Source: Eledone cirrhosa
Taxonomy: Eukaryota
Direction: 5' to 3'
NCBI GenBank assembly: GCA_964016885.1
Contig: OZ024756.1
Coordinates: 24,986,001-25,050,000, forward strand
DNA: 64,000 nucleotides
The position numbers and the translations under genes are program-made. Positions within the stretch are counted from its first letter, which is position 1. Every line of letters begins with the position of its first letter. Shown piece by piece: positions 1 through 11,849 of this stretch. Below the pieces are notes generated by a model. The model was not told the origin of the DNA. It saw nothing but the letters and a program-made list of their open reading frames with translations, and searched no databases.

Positions 1-824
1 TGTTAAAACAGCAACCGGCATGACATCATTAGATGTTAACAAAATTATGTGGGTGGATTGATATCTTGTGGGCTAATGCTACAATGTTTGCAAATGTCCG
101 GCGAACATATAAATACACATATGTATATACATACAAGCATACATACATATATATATGTACGTATATATGCATGCATACACACACACACACACATATATAT
201 GTATATGTGTGTGTGTGTACCCGAACAGTTACAGAACTGTCTTAAGTTGTTACAGTACCAACCAATACCTACTGAAAGGTCAATTATCCATATTTAATTA
301 TCTATTCTACCATATCACCCACTATACCACCACCACATCACTCACCCAACCACCCACCATACCTCCCTTCTTTTGATTACTGAATGTTAAAGCTGGTGCA
401 TTATTGCACCAGCTCCTACAATTCTTGCACTTTATTCAGCCATCTGTCTTCCATCACTTGTGAACACGGTTTTAGGAGATACTTTGCTGATCTCCTAAAC
501 CCGATCACAACAGCTTCAAATACAATAACCATAATTCTAGCTAAAAATACACAATTGAGACAACAACAGCAATTATAATATCCGACTGGCTGATTTGGGA
601 TCTTTTGAGAAAAGTAAAAAAATAGGTTCTTTTGTTGACAGACATAGAAAATTTGTACAGGCATGTCCAGGCTGTTCTTTGGTCCAGGCAGTGTAAGCGA
701 ACATTAGTGGCGTCATGGTTTCATGTCAGCAATTAAACTGAGTTTTCTGACCACTCTGACCACAGAAATGGCAAACACATGCATACACGCACACCCACAC
801 ATACACCCCACCCAATGAATGAAG

Positions 825-877
<53 letters not shown>

Positions 878-879
<2 letters not shown>

Positions 880-1125
880 GATGCGCATGGAGGATGAGCG
901 ATGGGTGAAGAAGTGCCAGGAATTGCCAGTTGAAGGAGGACGTGGTAGAGGTAGACCACGAAAAACATGGGCAGAGGTGGTGATAACAGACCTCAGATCG
1001 TTGAAGCTCAAGGTGGAGATGACAAAGGACCATGACAAGTGAAGAGATGCTGTGCTGAATAAGACCCGTCCCACCCTTGCAAGCAGGGAAAAGCGGATGT
1101 AAAATGATGATGATGATGATGATGA
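878..1125 (+). mobile_element. RTE-clade LINE 3' end (RMEDERWVKK...GRGRPRKTW...) with (TGA)n tail
   Basis: RTE-type C-terminus RGRPRKTW; near-identical copy at 4468-4750. Confidence 0.85.
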
Positions 1126-1213
1126 TATATATATAGGAAAAGTAAAAAACAATAGCAACAACAACAAGGAGTACAGTTACGAAAAGTGTTTGGTATTAGG
1201 TTCACACACACGT

Positions 1214-1541
1214 GAGACACATGGCTTAGTGGTTAGAGCATTGGCCTTGCAATCGAAAGGTTGTGAGTTCAATTCTCAGACCGGGTGATGTGTTGCTTCC
1301 TTGAGCAAGACACTTTATTTCACATTGCTCCAGTTTACTCAGCTGTAGAAATGAGATGATAGAGACTGGGGTCCCTATCATTGCACTGTAAAGTGGTCGT
1401 GGAGGTGCCACGGCAAAAAAGCACCCAGCACTCACTGTAAATGAGGTTGGTGTTAGGAAGGGCATCCAGCTGTAGAAATCAAGCCAGAATCAGTTCCCGT
1501 CCCACCCTTGCAAGCAAGGAAAAATGGACACAAAATGATGA
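1214..1541 (+). mobile_element. tRNA-derived CORE-type SINE with RTE-derived tail
   Basis: A box TGGCTTAGTGG, B box GAGTTCAATTC, CORE-like CCTTGAGCAAGACACTT...CAGCTGTAGAAATG, tail shared with the RTE 3' end; other copies at 21993-22298(-), 43579-43914(+), 53794-54143(-). Confidence 0.85.
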
Positions 1542-1576
1542 TATATATATATATGATATATATATATATATATATC

Positions 1577-1769
1577 AGTAAGGGTGTGCTAAAATACCAA
1601 GTGGACCATAACCCAGCAGAGTACTCAATACTTGGGGTAGTAGAGTGGGTAATATGAAAAGATTCAGGACCCCGACAGCTGTACTTACTCTGGCTGTTTC
1701 GACAGCTAGATCCTAACTCGGATCTAGCTGTCAAAACGGCCGGAGCTCAGCCATCGGGGTCCTGACTCT

Positions 1770-1778
<9 letters not shown>
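1577..1778 (-). mobile_element. Penelope-like pLTR fragment with inverted duplication centred on a hammerhead stem II
   Basis: Flanked by (TA)n; arms ~1652-1778 around the hairpin GACAGCTAGATCC-TAACTC-GGATCTAGCTGTC; the minus strand reads stemII-GAAAC...GTC; relative at 27080-27135. Confidence 0.55.
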
Positions 1779-1810
<32 letters not shown>

Positions 1811-1855
1811 CATCATCATCATCATCATCGTTTAACGTCCATCTTCCACGCTTGC

Positions 1856-1886
<31 letters not shown>

Positions 1887-2088
1887 AAATCTTTTCCTGA
1901 GTCCTGTATTTTCGTTGCTATGGTAATGCGGCTTGACTGCCGATCACTATATTTGATTTGCTAAGCTGCCTAAACATATTGTTATTACTCTGGGGTACTA
2001 TCCCCATCCGAGTGCTAAAGCTACAGACCGAATTTGCATTCGTTAGCTTGGCTACAAACTAAAGCTTCGTTAATGCTGTACTAAAATT

Positions 2089-2135
<47 letters not shown>

Positions 2136-2138
<3 letters not shown>

Positions 2139-2670
2139 TTAAATAAAAGTCAAATGATTAAAATTTAGCTTCGTTTATTACTGCTATATATATTTCAGTG
2201 ACAGCCATCTTTGGCTGTGACCTCTTCAGGCAGTTTGAATTAGTATGGTATAGACAAGTACATATGTTGTTTAGGTGTATGATATTGTCAATACTCTGAT
2301 ATGCCCAGTTCCTTGTTGGGTTGTTATTTCACTGAGGAACTGGAGTCATATATGACTCCAGTTCCTCAGTGAAATAACAACCCAACAAGGAACTGGGCAT
2401 ATCAGAGTATTGACAATATCATACACCTAAACAACATATGTACTTGTCTATACCATACTAATTCAAACTGCCTGAAGAGGTCACAGCCAAAGATGGCTGT
2501 CACTGAAATATATATAGCAGTAATAAACGAAGCTAAATTTTAATCATTTGACTTTTATTTAACTTTATTTTACACTACTCCGGAGTAACCAAACCAACCT
2601 GCGCACTTCGTCGAGTGCTCCAGCCTGCATACTGAGGTGTTGGTATACAACCAACATAAACTCAAAATCT
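2136..2670 (+). mobile_element. Penelope-like element remnant: perfect 430-bp palindrome (2136-2565) plus unique 3' tail, inside (TA)n
   Basis: Zero-spacer palindrome centred at 2350/2351, containing a hammerhead motif; an inverted partial pLTR is a known hallmark of Penelope-like elements. Confidence 0.7.
2467..2521 (+). ncRNA. Type I hammerhead ribozyme motif (mirror copy on - strand at 2180-2234)
   Basis: stem I ACTGC/GCAGT; core CTGAAGA; stem II GGTCACAGCCA-AAGA-TGGCTGTCACT; GAAA; short palindromic stem III TATATAT; cleavage triplet ATA. Confidence 0.75.
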
Positions 2671-2767
2671 ATATATATATATATATATATATATGTAGGA
2701 GGTGAGTTTTATTGTAGTACAATAAAGCAATGCAGATATCGGATAAGAAGCACTCTACAGAGTATAC

Positions 2768-2859
2768 ATAATATATAAGAACAAAAGATGGTTAAAAGAG
2801 TTCCATGTATTAATGCGCATAATTAAATACATGGAACTCTTTTAACCATCTTTTGTTCT

Positions 2860-2869
<10 letters not shown>
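2768..2869. repeat. 44-bp-arm inverted repeat at the end of a (TA)n-embedded element (2695-2869)
   Basis: ATAATATATAAGAACAAAAGATGGTTAAAAGAGTTCCATGTATT and its exact reverse complement, 14-nt spacer. Confidence 0.8.
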
Positions 2870-2922
<53 letters not shown>

Positions 2923-2939
2923 TATATAGATATATATAT

Positions 2940-3123
2940 ACGTTATTCCGGGTTGAATCGGAGGTAACCACAGTAAGTAAGGTACTCAATACATTGCAGA
3001 GTATAAAAGTTTTAATATAGATGAGATTCTACAGGACTAGAACTGTTTCATTCTTTAGAAATCACTGGTGATTTCTAAAGAATGAAACAGTTCTAGTCCT
3101 GTAGAATCTCATCTATATTAAAA

Positions 3124-3124
<1 letters not shown>
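2940..3124 (-). mobile_element. Penelope-like pLTR fragment with 116-bp palindrome (3009-3124); same family as 42110-42290
   Basis: Palindrome centre falls in CTGGTGA, followed by TTTCTAAAGAAT GAAAC AG...CTGTA (hammerhead-like); flanked by (TA)n. Confidence 0.6.
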
Positions 3125-3174
<50 letters not shown>

Positions 3175-3402
3175 GAGAGAGAGGGAGGGGGGGGGGTAAG
3201 GGTCATGTGAAGGAAGGATGAATGATTTGTGAGAAAATAGGCTATAATAATGTTAACACATTAAATGGGTGTGGCAGCATGAGAAGAGACAAATATATTG
3301 TCACTTCCTCTCTCTTTCTCTCTCCTCATGCAAACACATGCATATACATGTACACACGTGCACACAAGCATGTGTATATGTATATATATAGTTGTATATA
3401 GG

Positions 3403-3461
<59 letters not shown>

Positions 3462-3984
3462 ATTATATATATATATATATGTGTGTATTATATATATATA
3501 TGCATTACATATATATATGTATATATATATATTACTTATACATATATGTATACATATATATATATATATTACATATATATATATATCATCATCATCATCA
3601 TCATAATATGTGTCTGTGTAAATATATATGTGTGTCAGCAGAAAATGCACACACAAAAAGCAGTTACATAAGATGAACAGATAACTGCGTGTCTTCCTCA
3701 TCAGCCAACTTGTTTTCAAGCAATTTCACGCATGAAGATGGTAGTGCACTTGTGATGCCAATTTTCACAACAGATCAGATGACCAGTCTGTTGGTAAGTT
3801 ACCTGTGAGATGATAAGAAAAGAAAGAAAGGGCAGGAAAATTTACAGGTGTCTTTTGCTAAAAGCAAAGATAAATAAATAAGAATATTACAAGTAGAAGT
3901 AAACAGGCAACAGACATAGCATGTAAAACTGTGCAAAATATTGAAAAATGCAAAAATTTGATTTTCATCGAAGGTATATATATA

Positions 3985-4400
3985 TATAGAGAGAGATATA
4001 ACTAGAGATGGACAGCTGTTCTGACTTGGCTCACATCTGGACAACTCGTCTAACCCATATTAGTGTGGAAAAATGGACATTAAACGGTGGTGATAATTTG
4101 ATGATGATGATGATCATATATATAGAGAGAGAGATAAGTAGAGATGGACAGCTGTTCTGACTTGGCTCACATCTGGACAACTCGTCTAACCCATATTAGT
4201 GTGGAAAAATGGACATTAAACGGTGGTGATAATTTGATGATAATGATGATCATATATATATAGAGAGAGAGATAACTAGAGATGGACAGCTGTTCTGACT
4301 TGGCTCACATCTGGACAACTCGTCTAACCCATATTAGTGTGGAAAAATGGACATTAAACGGTGGTGATAATTTGATGATGATGATGATCATATATATCTA
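3985..4400 (+). repeat. Three tandem ~140-bp copies of a SINE/RTE-type 3' tail
   Basis: TAGAGATGGACAGCTGTTCTGACTTGG...GGAAAAATGGACATTAAACGGTGGTGAT repeated three times, near identical. Confidence 0.85.
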
Positions 4401-4467
4401 TGTAGATTCCTGAGTTTTGTTGAGCATGAGGGGGGGGGGGATTGATATATATATATATATATATATG

Positions 4468-4750
4468 TAGTGTACGGGAGAGGAGACTGAGGTGGTATGG
4501 ACATGTGATGCGCATGGAGGATGACCGATGGGTGAAGAAGTGCCAGGAAATGCCAGTTGAAGGAAGACGTGCTAGAGGTAGACCACGAAAAACATGGGCG
4601 GAGGTGGTGAGAACAGACCTGAGATTGTTGAAGCTCACGGTGGAGATGACGAAGGACCATGACGAGTGGAGAGATGCTGAATAGGACCCATCCCACCCTT
4701 GCAAGCAGGGAAAAGCGGACATAAAATGATGATGATGATTATGATGATGA
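4468..4750 (+). mobile_element. RTE LINE 3' end (RERRLRWYGHVMRM...RGRPRKTW)
   Basis: RLRWYGHV motif and (TGA)n tail. Confidence 0.87.
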
Positions 4751-5010
4751 TATATATATATCTGTGTGTGTGTGTGGTTTGCTTGTGTGTATTGTATTAT
4801 ATATGAGATGTGATTTATAATGTGGGTGTGCATTAACCTAATATATACCTTCCATATACTGTATCGATTGTGTTGTTATTTCTGTTTATTTTTTACATAC
4901 ATCATCATCATCATCATCATCGTTTAACGTCCATCTTCCATGCTAGCATGGGTTAGACGGGAGTTGTGCCACTTGAGGCAAGGTTGGTCAGGTGACCGTG
5001 TCTCGCTTGT

Positions 5011-5097
<87 letters not shown>

Positions 5098-5254
5098 CAT
5101 ATATATATATGCACACACACATATATGTGTGTGTGTGTGTATATATGTATATGCATGTGTATGTGTATGTGTGTGTATATCTATGTGAAGAATCATAGAG
5201 ACAGAAAGTGCCTTCAAGCTATATATATAACAGTAACAGCAACAATAACAACAC

Positions 5255-6165
5255 CACCGCCATCCAAACATCCACCACTGCCTCCATCAACAACAACAAC
5301 AACCACCACCACCACCACCATCAATAACAATAACACTACCACCATCATTAACAATGAAAAGCACCAACACCACCATTACCACCAATACTATCACTACCAT
5401 CACCAACACCACCGCCACCACCACCACCACCGACACCAACAACCACTACCACCACCACCACCACCACTACTACCACCACCGCCACCACCGCCACTACCAC
5501 TGCTACCATCACCACTACCACCACCACCACCACCACTACTACCACCACCGCCACTACCACCACCACCACCATCACCACCGCTACCATCACCGCTACCACC
5601 ATCACCACTACCACCACCACCACTACTACCACCACCACCACCACCATCACCACTACTACCACCACCGCTACCATCACCACTACCACCACCACCACTACTA
5701 CCACCACCACCACCACTACCACTGCTACCATCACCACTACCACCACCACCACTACCACCACCGCCGCTACCACTGCTACCATCACCACTACTACCACCAC
5801 CACCACCACCACCACTACTACCACCACCACCACCACTACCACCATCACCACTACTACCATCACCATTACCACCACCACCACCACTACTACCACCACCACC
5901 ACCACCACCACCATCACCACTACTACCATCATCACCACCACCACCACCATCACCACCACCACCACCATCACCACTACTACCACCACCACCACCATCACCA
6001 CTACCACTACTACCATCACCACCACCACCACCACCACCACCGCTACCCCCCCCCCCCATCACCACCACCACTACTACCCTCCCATCACCACTACTACCAC
6101 CACCACCACCACCACCACCACCACCACCACCACCACCACCACCACCACCACCACCACCACCATTA
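5255..6165 (+). repeat. (ACC)n/(ACT)/(ATC) trinucleotide low-complexity tract
   Basis: direct inspection; source of the poly-P/H/T ORFs. Confidence 0.95.
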
Positions 6166-6259
6166 TGTATGACTGTAAGTCAATCCTGTAGCAACAATTA
6201 ACCCAACAGTAATTTAGAAGATCTGTTGTTTCTATTTTTGGTGGTGAAAAAACATCTGT

Positions 6260-7265
6260 TGCTATTGTTGTTGTTGGTGATGATGGTTGTTGTTATTACT
6301 GTAGTGGTGGTGGTGGTAGTGGTGGTGGTGGTGGTGGTGGTGGTGGTGATGGTTGTTGTTGTTACTGTTGAGGTGGTGGTGGTGGTGGTTGTTGTTATTA
6401 CTGCAGTGGTGGTGGTGGTGGTGATGGTTGTTGTTGTTACTGTTGAGGTGGTGGTGGTGGTGGTTGTTGTTATTACTGCAGTGGTGGTGGTGGTGGTGAT
6501 GGTTGTTGTTATTACTGTAGTGGTGGTGGTGGTGGTTGTTGTTACTGCAGTGGTGGTGGTGGTGGTGGTGGTGGTTGTTGTTACTGCAGTGGTGGTGGTG
6601 GTGGTGATGGTTGTTGTTATTACTGCAGTGGTGGTGGTTGTTGTTACTGCAGTGGTGGTGGTGGTGGTGGTGGTTGTTGTTACTGCAGTGGTGGTGGTGG
6701 TGGTGGTGGTTGTTGTTATTACTGTAGTGGTGGTGGTGGTGGTTGTTATTACTGTAGTGGTGGTGGTGGTGGTGGTGGTTGTTGTTATTACTGTAGTGGT
6801 GGTGGTGGTGGTTGTTGTTACTGCAGTGGTGGTGGTGGTGGTGATGGTTGTTGTTATTACTGTAGTGGTGGTGGTGGTGGTTGTTGTTACTGCAGTGGTG
6901 GTGGTGGTGATGATGGTTGTTATTACTGTTGAGGTGGTGGTGGTGGTGGTGGTGGTGATGATGGTTGTTGCTATTACTGTTGAGGTGGTGGTGGTGGTGG
7001 TGATGATGGTTGTTATTACTGTTGAGGTGGTGGTGGTGGTAGTGATGATGGTGACTGTCGTGACAATGATGATGATGATGATTAAAGAGATGACATAATG
7101 ATGATGATAATGACAACGATTATGACATGATGATGATGATGATGATGATGATGACATGATTATATCATGATAACGGTGGTGACATAAGTACGATGATGAT
7201 GATAATGATGATGATGGCATGATTATATGATGATAATGAGGATGATGATGATAATAGTGATGACA
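6260..7265 (+). repeat. (GGT)n/(GTT)n higher-order tract grading into (GAT)n
   Basis: recurrent unit GTTGTTATTACTG(C/T)AGTGGTGGTGGT... Confidence 0.95.
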
Positions 7266-7654
7266 TCATGAAGATGCAACAACATTGGCTACTAACTTTA
7301 ATCTCAGACAAACAGCCAGCACCTATAGATCACTGCAGCTGGAAGTAAATTTGCAGCACCATGCTGCACCACATAGCGCAATGCTCCACTATGTACCCCC
7401 AAGTTGCTCAATGATGCATCATATTGTGCCATATAGTACAATGATGCACCATGTTTTATAATCTAGCACAATGTTACACAATGTAGTCCCATGCTGAGGA
7501 TCAGATAACAATACTTCCTCATTTGCTTATGTGTATATGAGTAAGCAAATCATGTGTGTGTATGTATATGTGTATGTATATATATATATATGTGTGTGTG
7601 TGTGTGGTGTGTGTTGGTGTGTTTTTTTTGTGTATGTATATATGTATATATTTA

Positions 7655-7780
7655 TTCTTTCTTCTGATGAAGGACTAGTGTCGGAAACGTTAAGACTCTC
7701 TTCCTGCTATTTCAAGCATTAAACTAATATATTCCTTCCATATACTGTATCATTTGTGTTGTTATTTCTGTTTACCTTTT
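7655..7780 (+). mobile_element. Penelope-type terminal fragment with minimal hammerhead (7660-7695)
   Basis: TCTT-CTGATGA-AGGACTAGTGTCG-GAAAC-GTT-AAGA; the downstream part recurs at 4830-4895 and 60160-60215. Confidence 0.55.
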
Positions 7781-7784
7781 ACAC

Positions 7785-8345
7785 ACAGCTGATTACAGAC
7801 CAAATTAACCTTGATGGAATGCAGCTTGGATTTGTGCCAGGTAAAAGTACCATGAATGCTCTCTTCCTCGTTATGCAACTGCAGGAGAAGTACCAAGCTA
7901 AAAGTAAACCCCTCTACTTAGCTTTTGTGGACTTGGAGAAAACCTTTGACAAAGTGCCCCGTTCCATTATCTGGTGGGCTCTTAGAAAACTAGGAGTAGA
8001 TGAGTGGCTTGTGAAAGCTGTACAAGCCATGTATGGAGGAACAGTCAGCAAAGTTAGAATTAATGATGACTATAGCAAAGAATTTAACATACAGGTAGAT
8101 GTTCATCAGGGCTCCGTCCTTAGCCCTCTCCTGTTTATTATTGCCCTACAGGCTATAACGAGTTTAAGACTGGTTGCCTGTGGGAACTTCTGTATGCAGA
8201 TGTCTAACTCTCATGGCTGAATCTATGCCAGAATTAGAAAAGAAATTCCAACCTGGAAGCATGGCCTAGTATGTAGAAAGGAAAATAGGGCCCAGATTCC
8301 CTCTGGGAAATAGCTTTGCTCAGTGTACAGGAAAGGAGATGGTAA
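7785..8345 (+). mobile_element. RTE LINE reverse-transcriptase fragment
   Basis: MQLGFVPGKST..A.F...QLQEK...LAFVDLEKTFDKVPR...VHQGSVLSPLLFII; frameshifted and truncated. Confidence 0.9.
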
Positions 8346-9110
8346 GAAACACAACAAAAAGCACCCAGCACACACTGTAAACATGTTTGGCATTAGGAAG
8401 GGCATCCAGCCATAGAAACCTAGTCAGAAACAGTTCTATATGAGCAACACATGGTTACCTGACCCAACTTGCCTCTAATGGGACAACCTGTCTAACCCAT
8501 GCTAGCGTGGAAAATGGACGTTAAACGATGATGATATGAGTGTGTGTGTGTGTGTATATGAATATATATATATATGTGTGTGTGAGCTTATGTTTCTATG
8601 TATATATATGTGTGTAGGCAGGAACATTGCCAGACAGTTGCATCTGTTTCTCATTTCCTTTCCCCATCAAAGATCTCAGGTTCGTTAACTCAACATTCTG
8701 GTAGTAGGAGAAAAATAACAAAACGAACCAAACAAATCTAAACACCAGCTTAATAACTCTTTGTAACATTGGCACAGGACCAAAAATGTGGGTAGTGGGA
8801 AGGGAAGGAAAGTCAATTATATCAACCCCAGTTCATCACAGGTAGTTTATATTTTATTGACCTCAGTGGAATTTAAAATCAGAACAAATACTGCTGTCAT
8901 TTTGTCCGGTACTCTACCAATTCTACTGATTCACCAAACACCAATTTAATAATGTAGAAGTTTGTTATATTACTAAATCCATCCAAATTATTGATTCTTT
9001 CCAAAATTATTTGAAAACCGAAGGCACAGTGTGTTTCATTAGAAACATTGTAACAAAAGGGTTAAAGTATATAAAAACCTTTAATAATTTTATCTAAGAA
9101 CCTTTGTTAA

Positions 9111-10124
9111 CCCTTTAGAATTTAAACTGGCTATAATTCTCTTACTTCTTTCTGTTCAAACCAGTCATAACTGGCTGTTCATACTGACGTTAGCGTATTG
9201 TTCTCACATAATATCAAATGTACGAGATTTTGATATTATCTATTTTGAGAACAATACGTTAACATCGGTATGAACAGCCAGTTATGACCGGTTTGAACAG
9301 AAAGAAGTGAATTATGACCAGATATGGCCGGTTTAAATGCTAAAGGGTTAACATATCAAAATCTCGTAGATTTGATATTATGTGAGGTAAAGCCTTTTCT
9401 GTGAAAATACAATAGTATATATAGAGTAATGTAAATGGTATGTGAGATACTATGTGAGGTAAAGCCTTTTCTGTGAAAATACAATAGTATATATAGAGTA
9501 ATGTAAATGTTGTGTGAGATACTATGTGAGATAAATCCTTTTCTGTGAAAATACAATAGTATATATAGAGTAATGTAAATGGAAAAGGGTTAAATTATGT
9601 TCTAAACAGTAATGTGTTAATGAGAAAGAAAGTTAGTTAATTTACTAAATCCTTTCCAATTCTTGATTGACATTTAAGCCAGCCATATCTGGCCTTAATA
9701 TCTCACCTCTTTCTGTTCAAATCGGCTGTTCATACTTATGTTAAGGTATTGTTCTTAAAATAAATAATATTGAAATCTTGTAGATTCGATATTATGTGAG
9801 ATAAAGTGCTTAACCCTTTAGCATTCACATTACTCTATATATACTATTATATTTCCATGGTAAATGCTTTATCTCACATAATATCGTATCTATGAAATTT
9901 TGAAAGTATTTATTTTGAGAACAATACCGTAACATCAGTTTGAGTGACCAGTTACAGCCAGTTTCAACAGAAAAAGGTAGAGAATTATGGCCGGTTTGAA
10001 TATTAAAGGGTTAATGTGAAAATACAATAGTAAATATAAAGTAATGTAAATGCTAAAGGGTTAAATGATTTGAAAATCATAGGCACAATATCTTTCATTA
10101 GAAATATGGTAATGAAAGGGTTAA
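9111..10124. mobile_element. Cluster of nested TTAA-flanked piggyBac-type MITEs
   Basis: Termini TTAA-CCCTTTAGCATTTA...TAAATGCTAAAGGG-TTAA; inner copy 9814-10010 inverted inside outer ~9670-10060; tandem ~73-bp internal repeats at 9380-9590. Confidence 0.8.
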
Positions 10125-10130
10125 ATAATT

Positions 10131-10305
10131 GTTTCTATGTTAGACACAAGGCCAGCAATTACCCAGTGTATTACTGGTACTTTATTTTATCGACCCCATA
10201 AGGATGAAAGGCAAAGTTAACCTCGGCGGGATTTGAACTCAGAATGGCAAGGGCGGTAACTCTCTGCGCCAAAGTATGGCATCCAACCCTCTACCAATAC
10301 TGCCA
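10131..10305 (-). mobile_element. tRNA-derived SINE with Nin-like domain (GGTTAACTTTGCCTTTCATCC...GGGGTCGATAAAATAAAGTACCAG)
   Basis: B box GAGTTCAAATCC; many copies, e.g. 10740-10912(-), 47603-47770(-), 53590-53730(-), 56248-56435(-), 60374-60567(+). Confidence 0.8.
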
Positions 10306-11849
10306 AAAAGGGTTAAATAATGGCAGCAATGGTGGTGATGTCATCATCATTGTCTAACTGCAGTAGTAGATGGCCACAATCCTCCACTGTCTATTACAGC
10401 TTTCATAACCAAATGAGGTCTCCTCATGGTCCAGTGAATAGTCCTGCTCATTGGTGGAATTCACAATCCTTCAATATCCATAATCAATTGAGGACTTCAT
10501 GGTCAGGTGATTAGCCAAGGGCATCGGTGGAATTTGAACTCAGAATGCAAAGTGCCGGATCAGATACCACAAGGCATCATCTCATCCGACATTCTAGCAA
10601 CCAATCTACTGCCATTTTATCAACACCTCCCTCTAAAGGGATGAATGGAAATACCAATTTCCCATCCCCCAAAAGAATGAAAGACAATAGCAGCCCGAAT
10701 CTTCAAAATAATGGCAGGCAATACCCCCCTCCCTCAAAATAATTGTTTCTACTTTTGGCACAAGGCCAGAAATTACCCAGTGTATTACTGGTACTTTATT
10801 TTATCCCACAAGGATGAAAGGCTAAGTTAACCTCGGCGGGATTTGAACTCAGAATGGCAAGGACCGTAACTCTATGCGTCCGACCCTCTACCGATACTGC
10901 CAATCCGCCAAAATAATAAATAAAAGGCAATATCACCCAGTGGGATTTGAACTCAGAAGAGAGCCAGAAGAAATATCACATGTTGTATCTGATGCCCTAT
11001 AGTAACATTAGACATGAATGATTGCCGACACACAATGGACTTGGAAAAAAGAAAGGTCATAGAAATGGTGCTGATGGTGAGCCAATATATGTGTGGTTGT
11101 TACTGCCACACTACCATCAACATTTACACCACCCACATCTAAGTAACCCCCCCCCCCCACCGTCTGCTACAGAGAGAAGACAGGAAATTAAATAACAATG
11201 CTGATTATCTAAGGAAGACCATTATTCCCACACCCCCACCTACCACATCATTGTTATATCTTCATCACCATCAAAATACAACTACCATTATCCAAAACCA
11301 CACCACCATCACTACTACTATAGCCATTCACAATATCAAGGATAAGATGAACAGTGGTGGATTTGGTGTAGATCAGATAGTAAACCTTATGTAGACCCTT
11401 GGATCTAATAAAAAAAAAAAATCATCCAGTAGTCTGTAAAGTGGTAGTACTGAGTACCATAATAAAAACCACCCAACCCACTTTGTAAAGTGGTAGTGTT
11501 AGTGCCATGATAAAATGCACCCAGTACATTCTGTAAAGTGATAATACTGGTACTATGAAAAAACCCCACTCAGTAAACTGATATTACTGCCATGATAAAA
11601 TGCACCCAGTACATTGTAAAAGTGGTAGTACTGGTGCCACAATAAAATGCACCCAGAATACACTGTAGTGGTAGTACTATGCTGAAACAACAAAATAGCC
11701 CTAGTAAACCCTGTAAAATAACAATACTGGTGCCATGATAAAATGCATGCAATACACTCTGTAAAGTGAATGGTAATAGGAAGGACAACCAACTGTAGAG
11801 ACCATGCTAAAAATGGAACGTCCAAGCAAGACAGTTTCTCCAACCAGTC

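Noticed and set aside
1220-1290. tRNA-like sequence with A and B boxes
   Set aside because: SINE head; no proper acceptor stem, and it continues into CORE and tail sequence.
33-5271. Many YI/HT/CV-rich ORFs here and throughout the window
   Set aside because: Translations of (TA)n, (CA)n and (TATG)n microsatellites.
5125-7220. Long ORFs (358, 340, 290, 284, 272 aa; poly-P/H/T/V/G)
   Set aside because: Open in many frames on both strands because trinucleotide repeats lack stops; no splice or domain evidence.
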